Part shown: in pieces, positions 51,484 to 62,668 of the stretch
How the letters are laid out: each line of letters starts with the position of its first letter
Numbering within the stretch: the stretch's first letter is position 1
Assembly: GCA_038087875.1 (NCBI GenBank)
Contig: CM075995.1
Coordinates: forward strand, 6,140,001-6,204,000
Source of the DNA: Malacoraja senta
Lineage: Eukaryota
DNA: 64,000 nucleotides
Reading direction: 5' to 3'
Position numbers and translations under genes: made by a program
Notes under the pieces: model-generated
The model's database searches: none
Told to the model about the DNA's origin: nothing
The model's input: the letters and a program-made list of their open reading frames with translations, nothing else

Positions 51484-54400
51484 TTACTTCGGAGTCACGT
51501 GAGTGACTACGAGAAGAACCCCGCCAGTGCGCCTGCGCGTCATTACGTCAGACGCCTTGACGCAAACGGACGTGAGGAGCAGAGCTCCTACAGTGGTTTG
51601 TAGTTTTTCAACTGCAAGGTAAGTAAAAACTTATTTCATGTTTTCCAGGTCCGTTTACTGTGGGTCTATGGGGATTTTTTCCACAGATGCCATGGAAAAA
51701 ACGGACATGGGGAAGAGGCGAGCGACACAGCCGACAGAAAGTCGGGAAAGTCGGGAGTCCGCGGTTAGAGACCAACCGCCTCTAAACCCCGGTACAGTCG
51801 CCAGCGGTGAGCATAGCGACTGTGGACCTGGGGCTGGTGAAAACACTGTCAGCACCTGTCGGGCAAAAGACAAAGTTTAAATCCCAACGGCCCACGGAGG
51901 GAGTCCCAGGCAATGGAAGTAGCTCCAGGGCTAGATACTGCTTTCGAGCGTATTGCCCAAATAGAAAGCCTTTTTCATAGGCTGTTGGAGCAAAGTTCAC
52001 TCAGGAAGGAGTGTACTGTAATCCAAGCTGCAGGAGCAGCTTAACAGCACCTGGCTCAGGGCTGATGGAATGCACCCTCAGGAATGAGGAGCGTGCTACG
52101 GGTCATGAGATTTCAGACCCTGACTCTGACGGTGAGGCTGTACAAGGCGACGAACGGCAGCTGCCAGATGTTCCACCCCTGGCAGTAGGATTCGCTGCCC
52201 CGTCAGGGTCAGGAGAGCCATTAGGAGAAGAACTGGCCTCCTTAATAAATTACTTGGTTTACGATTAGCTGGAACAGCAGGAAATGGATGAGACTGCAAG
52301 AAGTAACTGTGGGTTGCTGAAAGCAGCAGCAGTGAACCAAATTATCTGGAATCAGTTGCAGAGAATATTAAAGCTGCTGGGTTCTGGAATAACTGCTTTT
52401 ACCAGAATAGCAGGTAACAACCAAAAGATGACGAAGTTGCATCAGCAAGCACTGGGGTTGCTATGCAGCACCCACTTCGAGATCAATTATCTGAGGAAAG
52501 TGCTATACGGCCTACTATGAATCCGAAATTCGCAGCACTCTGCAAACCAAGTAATATACAATTTCCCAACTTACTCTTTGGAGAGGATCTCGGGAGACGT
52601 ATTAAAGAGTTGGAAGATGAAGCGAAAACAGGATTGATAAATACATCAATGGTTGCAAAGTCTGTAAAGAGGAAGTATCCTTTCAGACGTCATACGGATC
52701 CTAGACCAGGACCAAGTCGCTCATCAACGCAGGGACGTAGCTGGCGGCCTGCAGCGGGAGTAAGGACCAGTGGTTGTGCTTCCGGGAGAATCCAGGGATC
52801 TCAGAATACTCAAATGACTCAAGAGGTAGGTGGACCTGGTTCTCAGGGGAACATACTAACTGGATTAAGTCCAAAAGTTGGAGGCAGATTACGTCTCTTC
52901 TATAAACATTGGAAGAAGATTATTTCAGATGTGGTAATTCTGAATAATATACAAGGATTTCGAATTGAATTCAATCCAAATTATGATTTGCCTGTCCAGC
53001 ATGTTCCTAGCAGAACTCTCCACTTTGCGAAGTAATGGAGGTTCAAGTTGCGCTTCAAAACCCTATATATAAAAGGTGTTATTAAAGAATCAGTCTACCA
53101 AATTCACCAATTTGGGTCAAATATATTCCCTCGATCAAAAAAGGATGGATGTAGGATATAGACTTGACAAGTCTGAATCCTTTTGTTCAGTGTTTGTTCA
53201 CTTGCAAGATATGAAGTATTTTAAATTTACATGGATGAACCAATTAGGTCAGTTCAAAGCTCTGCCTAAAGGGTTAACGTTTACTTCCAGAATATTTATA
53301 AAAATCAATTCTGGGGTTGCTGAGAGCCAGGGGCATGTACTAATGGCATACCTGGATGATGTCCTGATTATAGGAAGGCCAAAACAGTCAACAGAAGCAT
53401 CGGTTGCAGTAATAAAATCAAACTTTTGAAAGTTTGGGGGTTTCTAAATTCATCCAAGGAAATCAAGGTTAAAAACATGTACCTCGATTAATTATTTGGG
53501 GTTCACAATTGATTTAGCCCAAATGCAAATTACTTTGCCCAGTGAAAAAAGGGTGGAGTTGATTAAAGATTGCAGTAATCTGTTAAACGAGCAAAAACCT
53601 CTAATCAGACAGGTGGCTCGAGTACTGGGAAAATTTGTAGATTCCCAGCAGTCCAGTATGGACCATTACATTATCAACAGCTGCAGAGAATTAAACAACA
53701 GGCACTGAGAGTAAATGCTGGTCATTTTGATAGAACCATGCAAGTAACAACAAATGCTGTTTCTAAGCTGCAGTGGTGGATTCTACATGTCTCAAGCAGT
53801 TCAGGCAAAGTGCTGATTGAACAACCTTCCATGATATTACAAACTGATGCCAGTGCACTAGGATGGGGTGCAACTGACTTAACATGGAGCTGCGGAGGCA
53901 GATGGAATCAGGAAAAGTTAGTGTTACTGCAGACATGGGGAATTACCTATTTGGAGCTTTTAGGAGGTTTCTATGGACTCCAAGCTTATGGTTCTAACAC
54001 AACTAAAAGGAAGGTTCAAGTTCAAATTAATAAACACAACAGTAGTTGCCTATATTAATGATATGGGTGGAATTAAGTCGGTGTCATGTGACAAAATGGT
54101 TAAATCAACTTGGGTCTTGGTGTATTGAAAAGAACATTTGGTTTTTCAGCTATCTATCTACCAGGTAGAATGAACACGATAGCAGACACCTGGTCACGAA
54201 AAGTTCCATGATAATAAAGAATGTATGTTGAATCAAGAGGTATTCAATGATATAGTAATCAGATTTGGAATGACCGACATCGACTTGAATCATCAGCTAT
54301 CGAGATATGTCTCATGGAAACCAGATCCAGGAGCAGTGGCGATTGATGCTTTCTCGCCACATTGGGGTGGTATGTTTTCATATATATTTCCACCTTTCTG

Positions 54401-57400
54401 CCTCATAAGCCAATGTTTGCTTAAAATCAGGCAAGATGCTGCTTCAAGGGTATTGGTAGTACCAGATTGGCCTATACAGCCATGGTATCTGTTGATATTA
54501 GAATTAACAACACAAATGTTGATGAAAGTCCCAAAAAGGAGTAATTTATTGCTGCACCCTGTAACAGGGTAACAACATCCATTATATCATCGTTTGGATT
54601 TGTTGATTTGCAGGTTTTAAGAATGCCTTTTCTGGGACGAGGACTGTCTGAGCATACTGTGGAGATGCTTACGGCAGCCGGGAGGAAGAGCACTCAAAAA
54701 CAGTACCTTTCTTATATTAAGAAATGGGTAGAGTTCTGTGTACAAAAGAATGTGCAATAAAGTACTGCAGATATTTCAAATGTTTAGAATTTCTGTCAAA
54801 ACGTTATTATGATGAAGGTCTGAGTTGTAGTGCAATTAATTCAGCCAGAAGTGCATTGTCCTCATATTTGGTTCTGGATTCAGAAAGAAACTCAATTGGG
54901 TCACACCCAATTGTTTCCAGACTAATGAAAGGAATCTTTAATTCCAAACCACCGAAACCTAGGTACGTGACAATCTGGGATGTAAGTGTGGTACTGAAAC
55001 TACTTCGTGAATGGTCATCAAGTGTGTCTTTACCTTTGGTCAAGCTCAGTATGAAAGTATTCATGCTTATGGCATGAGTGACAGCACAACGAGTGCAAAC
55101 ACTTGGAAAATTACAAATAGACAGTATGGAAGTAACTGAAGACAAGGTTACATTCTATATCTATGACCTACTAAAGTAAATTAGGCCAGGTGTGACAGGA
55201 TTTAAAATTATGCTGGCAGCATATCCAAATGATCCATGTCTCTGTATTAAGACATATTTATTACAATACATTGAGGTCACAAAGAATTTGAGAATACGGA
55301 AACTGGGTTGTTGATCACACACAAGAAACCACACAAGAGAGTTTCAATACAGACTATTTCCAGATGGATAAAAGAAGTCTTAACAGCTGCTGGTATTAAC
55401 ACTTATGTTTTTACGTCTCACTCGACTAGGGCAGCAGAAACGGCGGCGGCTTTTCAAAATAAAAAGAATAAGAATGAACAAAGACAGTTAGAAGAACTTA
55501 TTAGACAAATGGATATAGATAATGCTAAAGATCCATCAATAGATAAACATAATAAAATAATAATTTTGAAATTTAAATTAAATAAATTATTATCTGCCAA
55601 ACTTATAAGACTTTTTCAAATTACAAAACAAGAGCACTTTGAATTTGGGGATAAACCGCATAAACTTTTGGCTCGCCAGCTAAAAAAACGAGAAAAGGAA
55701 CATACTATACCAAAGATCAAATCAGATAAAGGGGAATTATTAACAACACCAAAGGATATTAATAATAGATTTGCGCAATTTTATGAGAATTTGTATACAT
55801 CTAAAACGACAATTGATTCCAATAATATCACAAAGTTCTTGGATACCTGTAATCTTCCAAAGTTAGAGCTGAAGGAACAAGAGGAACTGGGTGCACAAAT
55901 CTCAATTAAGGAATTAGAAGATACAATAAACTCACTAAAGAATGGAAAAACACCAGGCCCTGATGGATTTACTAATGAATTTTATAAAAGCTTTTATGAT
56001 AAAATAATACCAAGATTACAAAAAATGTACCAATATGCTTTTAAAAAACGAATACTACCTGATACATTAGCGGAATCAACGATTACATTAATACCTAAGA
56101 AAAATAAAGACTTAGAAGAACCTGGTTCATATAGAGCTATAGCATTGTTAAACACAGATCAAAAAATATTAGCGAAAACATTAGCTAGAAGATTAAGTAA
56201 ATACATTAGTAAATTAATAAACCCAGATCAGACGGGGTTTATCCCTAAGAGATACTCATCTAACAATATGAGACGTCTACTCAACATAATGCACTCACAC
56301 AAATCTGAAGATCAAGAATTATCAATTATTTCGCTGGATGCTGAAAAAGCATTTGATCAAGTAGAATGGAATTATATGGACAAAGTATTACAAAAATTTC
56401 AACTGGGGGAGAATTTTATTCTATGGATCAAGTTACTATATAACAAACCTACAGCTAGAATACTAACTGATAACATATTATCCTCGAAATTCCAACTATC
56501 AAGGGGAAATAGACAAGGATGCTCATTATCACCACAGCTGTTTGCTCTCATTATTGAACCGCTAGCAGAAAAAATTAGAATACACCCTGATATCCATGGA
56601 TATAATACTAAAGATTCATATAATAAAATATCTTTATACGCGGATGATATATTACTGTACATTACAAAACCTCAAATCACTATACCAAATATATTAAATT
56701 TAATTGAAGACTTTGGATCTTTTTCTGGATATAGAATAAATTGGAATAAAAGTGAAATTATGTCAATAAAACCGAAAGATTCAACACATCTTTTAAAATT
56801 CCCTTTTAAAATAGCTACAGAAAAATTTAAATATTTGGGAATCGAAATTACCAGATCATATCAAGGTATGTTTAGGGCAAATTTTGACCCCTTACTTAAT
56901 AAATTAAACACACTAATTAAATTCTGGAAAACGCTCCCGATGTCTTTAATAGGCCGAATAAACGCAATAAAAATGATCTTTTTACCACAAATTTTATACC
57001 TATTTCAATCAATTCCTATATACTTACCAAAGAAGTTTTTAAAAAAACTCGACTCAGATATCACTAATTTTATATGGGACTATAAATCACATAGAATACA
57101 AAAAACTCATCTGAATAAACCTAAAGTATTAGGGGGTTTAGCACTACCTAATTTTATATATTATTATTGGTCAGTAAATATTAAAAATATGATTCAACTG
57201 ATGGATAACTCCGCCCAGCAAGTGGACTGGATTGTAATGGAGAAAGAGGATTGCTCCTCTAGAAACATTGGAGCGATCCTCCTCTCTCCAATGAAACTGA
57301 ATAACATAAATTATAATAAGAACCCAATTATTCATAGTACAATCCGAATTTGGAAACAAATAAAACAAAATTTAAAATTAAGAAATGTATCACTTTTATT

Positions 57401-59405
57401 ACCTATAGTCAATAACCCTTCGTTTAATCCTTCTATTATAGATAAAGCTTATACACAATGGGATAGATTAGGAATTAAAACGCTTGGTGACTTGTATGAA
57501 ACTGGAAAATTACTTTCATTTCAACAATTATAAATAAAATATAAACTCGGAAATAATCAATATTTTAAATATTTTCAAATATGCGACTATTTGAAAAAAT
57601 ATACAAAAGATCATTATAATAACCCAGTAGATGTATTGGACGAGACAATGCAGATAAAAGCGGAATCAGCAAACTTAATATCATATTTGTATAATATTAT
57701 CTTAAATGTACAAATACCACCTACGGAGGGTATCAGAAGAGACTGGGAACAAGAGTTAGCTATTAAAATTTCAAAGGAAAGTTGGAATGAATACTTATTA
57801 AACGTGCATAAATGCTCGATTAATGTAAGACACACTTTAATACAATTTAAAATTTTACATAGATTATATTATTCGAAAACTAAAATTCATAAAATTTTCC
57901 CAAATGTATCATCTATTTGTGATAAATGTCAATCCCAAGAAGCTACTATAGCGCACTCATTCGTTTTCTGTACAAAAATTCAAAAATTTTGGAATGAAAT
58001 TTTTGAAATCTTTACAAAGTTATTTAAAACAAGACTGATACCCAAAGCAGAATGGATTATCTTTGGTATAACGGAAGATGGTCCAGAACTAAATGTGTTT
58101 CAAAAGAAACTAATGGACTATGGGTTAATAATTGGAAAAAAGCTAATTCTAAAATTTTGGAAGAAGGCTCCAATACCAACTATAAATATGTGGATTTCAA
58201 ATATGTTTGAAACATTACACCTAGAAGAGATAAGACTCCTCCTAGCAGGTAAACCAGATCACTTCCACCTGACGTGGTCTGCATTTATAGAATTATTACA
58301 AACATAGGGTGCAAAAGTACTTAAAAAAAAAAAAAAAATTGAGGTCAGGTAAGGGGGGATGATAGTTGAAGAGTTGGTATGTCCCATTTACGTAATGCTC
58401 ATAAAAATATTTGTTTCTCTCTTTTTCCTCTTTCTCTCTCTCTTTCTTTTCTAGGGTCTATTTCTTAACTCTTTTTCTTTTGTTTTTAATTTTGCTCTTA
58501 TAGGGTCTTCGTCCTTTTTTGTTGTCACATTTCCTACACTTTCACTTTTTCCTTCACTTTCTTCATTCTTTCAATCTTTTCCTTTTCTAGTGTAAAAAAT
58601 AAATGGAGTACATTAATTGTAAGAAGATATAAATGACGAGTACTAATGTATGTGGTTGTAATTAAAAAAAAAGAAAAGAAAAAAAGAACAGCTGCTGGTA
58701 TTAACACTTATGTTTTTACGTCTCACTCGACTAGGGCAGCAGAAACGTCGGCGGCCAGGGCAAAAGACGGCCCCGTCGACCATATCCTCGCAGCCGCCGG
58801 GTGGTCCAATGAGTTGATGTTTCAACATTTTTACCATCGGCCTATTGTTAATGCGGGGTTGTTTGCAGAAACTATTTTAAGTTCTGTGTAAATTCCTCTG
58901 GTTTAAAGGGGATCTGATTCATTTCATTATTGAAATGAATTACTGCATTTGTGGTACAAATGTTATTATGAATGCATGATTGATTATTCTCGTTCCGAGT
59001 CAATCTATGCAGTGAGAAGCCGGGATTGATCCACGGCATGAAATCACAAAGCTTTAAAATCTTCACGTAGTCACTCACGTGACTCCGAAGTAAAATAGTA
59101 AGATTAAATGAGAACTTACCTAAGTTTGAAGTTTGATCTTTATTTTATGAGGAGTTACGTAGGTGATTACGTGCCCACCACGACCCTACCCTCTATCATA
59201 AAGGTCAGATGGAAGTTCTTGTATTACTCGTTTTATTATGAGACTATATTACTTCGGTTGTTGTTTTTTGTGATTTCACACCGCTGCTTTGAAGATTGAC
59301 GCGCAGGCGCACTGGCGGGGTTCTTCACGTAATCACCTACGTAACTCCTCATAAAATAAAGATCAAACTTCAAACTTAGGTAAGTTCTCGTTTAATCTTA
59401 CTATT
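51481..59405 (+). mobile_element. DIRS1-like element B (different subfamily, ~4.6 kb without the L1), nested in A
   Basis: Has its own left end, gag-pol, MT, YR, ICR (59060-59173) and right end (59297-59405). Removal restores A's PGRFNIVAD. Confidence 0.96.
55451..58686 (+). mobile_element. L1 family b copy, 5'-truncated, inserted in the YR of element B
   Basis: Near-identical to 5500-8730 in reverse orientation. RT YADD, single stop at 57531-57533, A-rich tail, 69-bp TSD. Confidence 0.96.
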
Positions 59406-59860
59406 CAACATAGTTGCAGACACAAGGTCACGTAAATTCAACGACAATACAGAGTGGATGTTGGATCGTGAAAAATTTAATAAAATTGTGGCACGATTCA
59501 GGATGCCAGAGATTGACTTGTTTGCATCAAGACTTAACCACCAATTGCCTAAGTATGTGTCATGGGGACCTGATCCTGGTGCAGTAGCAGTGGATGCTTT
59601 CTCGCTACATTGGGGTAGTATGTTTCTGTATGCATTTCCTCCGTTTTGCCTCATTAATCGGTGTATACAGAAAATTAAACAGGACTCAGCTTCAGGGGTT
59701 TTAGTGGTACCAGACTGGCCTACACAGCCGTGGTACCCTCTGGTGTTAAAAATGATCACAAGGCCCCTTATGATTATTCCTAAGCAGGAAAACCTGCTTG
59801 TGCACCCTGTAACTGGTGAATCACATCCTTTACATGATCGTATTGGTTTATTGTTTGCAG

Positions 59861-60843
59861 ATTCTAAGAAGGCCGTATCTTGGAAGAGGATTATCAGAGC
59901 GTACTGTGGATGTTATGGCGGCAGCCTGGAGGAATAGTACCCAGAAGCAGTACATTTCTTATATAAGGAAATGGGAGGTGTTTTGTTCACAAAAGAATAT
60001 TACATATCACACTGCAGACATTTCAAATGTGTTAGTTTCTTTCAACTTTTTATTTTGATTTGCATTTGAGCTATAGTGCGATCAATACTGCAAGGAATGC
60101 TCTTTCTGCATATATATGCAGGGAATCAGAACAAAATCCTATAGGATCACACCCTTGGGTCTGTAGGTTTATGAAGGGAATTTTAAATTCCAATCCTCCT
60201 AGACCCAGGTATACAGAAATCTGGAATGTAAGAGATGTGCTCATGGTCCTTCGCGCCAATGGGCGCCTATTGAAGCTCTGTCATTGGCCAAAATTACCAT
60301 GAAGTTAGTTATGCTCATGGCATTAGTTTCAGCAGTGCAAACATTGCAGAAATTACGAATAGACAGGATGAAAATAGCAGCAGATGCCATTGCATTCTAT
60401 GTCTATGATTTGCTTAAACAGAGTAGACCTGGGTTCACAGGATGTAAGTTGTTTTTTTCAGCATATCCTACAGATCCACGTCTATGTGTAGTAGCACATT
60501 TACAATGTTACATTGAAGCAACCAGAACCTTAAGAGGTGCAGAATCAGCATTCTTTGTCAGCTATAAAAAGCGCATAAGAAAGTGTCGGTACAGACTATT
60601 TCAAGATGGCTGAAGCAGGTGTTGGTTGATGCAGATATTGATACTGACAAATTTAAATCTCATTCTACCAGGGCGGCTTCAACATCGGCGGCCAAGGATT
60701 TGGACGTTCCAATAGACCTTATCCTCACGGCCGCAGGATGGGCAAGTGAACAGATGTTTCACAAGTATTACCATAAGGAGATTAAAGATCCTGGGTTATT
60801 TGGTGGTGTCGTTTTGGATTCAGTATTAAGTCCCCCATTATGA
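59861..60843 (+). pseudogene. DIRS A tyrosine recombinase, frameshifted
   Basis: GLSERTVDVMAAAWRNSTQKQY, PPRPRY, KQSRPG and HSTRAAS..AGW..KYY. Confidence 0.9.
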
Positions 60844-61567
60844 TAAAGGGGGTTACTATTGTTGTGATAAATAAAACCATTAAATGATTACATTTATGTT
60901 GTGGTTATGCATTGTTGATTGCTTTTACTCATTTAGTCAATCAATGCAGTGAGACGCCTGGATTTGAATCTACGGCGTGAAATCACAGAGCTTTGAAATC
61001 TTCACGTAGTCACTCACGTGACTCCGAAGTAAAATAGTAAGATTAAACGAGAATTTACCAGTTTAAAGTTTGATCTTTATTTTATGAGGAGTTACGATGA
61101 GGGATTACGTGCCCTCCGCTCCCACCCTCATAAAGATCGAGCTGGTAGTTCTAGTCTTTACATATCTTACTATCATACTTCAGTAATTGTCGTCTGTGAT
61201 TTCACTCTGCTGCTTTGAAGATTGACGCGTGTGCGGCTGGACGGGCTCTTCTTCACATAATCCCTCATCGTAACTCCTCATAAAATAAAGATCAAACTTC
61301 AAACTGATAAGTTCTCATTTAATCTTACTAGTTTACTTCAGACTCAAAGCAAAAGATGGTGTAAACTTAGAACATTTGTTAAAATTAGAATGGAAGAATG
61401 TTGTTTTCCATAATTCCCTTATTAAATAGCCAACTCAAATGTGAGCATTCACCATATACATAACGTTACGAGCGATAAAGTATCTGTTCTGTATTGGACA
61501 GGAGTGCTGTTGCCAAACAAAAATAAATAAATAAACAAGCAAATAAATAGAAAAATAAATAAATAAA

Positions 61568-62668
61568 TCCACCCGCCCATCACTAAAACTCTGATCTTGT
61601 TCTCTTCCGGTTTGCGCATTTTTTCTATTTACACAAAAACGGTACGCGATCGGTGGCATAATGTAAAAGTTAGCGAGGTTTAAAAATCTTAAAAACCACG
61701 CATGCGCAGATCTCCTCTCCTGCCGGTCAGTCCCGTGCGGATTAGTCACTTCTCCGCCCCTTCCAGTGCCATCACATCTATACTGGAGGTGAGGGACGCA
61801 CTGGATGGCTGGCAGAGGTCTCGAAACGGACACGATTTTCGGAGGGACCGGAAGTGGCCCGGCCCAGCCCAGCCCGGCCGGGCTCGGAGCCAGAGATGTC
61901 GCCGAGGTTGCCAAACGGAAACTCTGATCCCGGTGGAGAACGACCAGCTGTGAGTCCCCATCGCACCACCAGCTCCAGCCCCTTCCCATCTGGTCTCCCT
62001 CGCTGGCTCCTGCCCTCCTCCCCTGTGATACCCCCTTCTCCCCATGGCTCTTCCCCCATCTTTTCTCCGAGCTCTTTCCCCCGCCCACAATCCCCTCCCC
62101 CCACACCTCCCTATCCCCACACCCTCCCCGCATAACCCCCGCCCACACAACCCCCTATCCCCACATCCCCCTCCCCGCACAACCCCCGCCCACACATCCC
62201 CCCCAACATCCTTCCCCCGCTCCACAACCCCCTGCGCACACATCTCTCCCCGCAACACCCCCCGCCCACACATCCCCCTCCCCCCCATAACATCCTCCAC
62301 CCACACATCTCCCCTCCCCCCACAACATCCTCCGCCCACACACCCCCTCCCTCCCACAGCCCCCCCCGCCCACACACCCCTCCTCCCTCCCACCCACACA
62401 CATCCCTCCTCCCCTCCATCCCTCCCACCCCCACCCCCCACTTCCACCCCTCCCCTCCCATACATGAAGAGGGGAAGTGCTGGGGGATGAGGGGAAATGA
62501 GCCATGCCAGCGGTTAGGGGCTATGCATGAGTGGTGGAATATTGCATTGGGGGAATGGGTTGCGTTAGGGGAACGGCTGATTGGTGGAATATTGCGTTGG
62601 GGAATCGGTTGCGTTGGGGCACCAGGCCTCCCATGTGACTTGGACCCAATGGGTCCTACTTAGTCTAG
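61568..62668 (+). mobile_element. Non-autonomous Helitron related to 36808-37891
   Basis: 3' hairpin GGACCC-AAT-GGGTCC (62642-62656), then CTAG|T at 62665-62669; A|TC at 61567-61569. Shares ggtggaatattgcgtt and aaactctgatcttg blocks with the other copy. Confidence 0.8.

Larger units (their letters stand above)
48349..61332 (+). mobile_element. DIRS1-like element A, complete (~5.06 kb without B), interrupted by element B
   Basis: Left end ATTTTACTTCGGAGTCACGTG.., gag-RT-RNase H at 48564-51483, methyltransferase at 59403-59867 (IDLFAS, YAFPPF), YR at 59861-60843 (HSTR, AGW, FHKYY), ICR at 60999-61111, right end at 61223-61332. Confidence 0.96.

Noticed and set aside
59458..59867. Methyltransferase-like and phage-integrase-like ORFs as bacterial or phage transfer
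   Set aside because: Both are standard domains of DIRS1 elements.
61435..62505. Gly- and Pro-rich ORFs (also 36827-37468)
   Set aside because: Low-complexity Helitron interior with no domain motifs.
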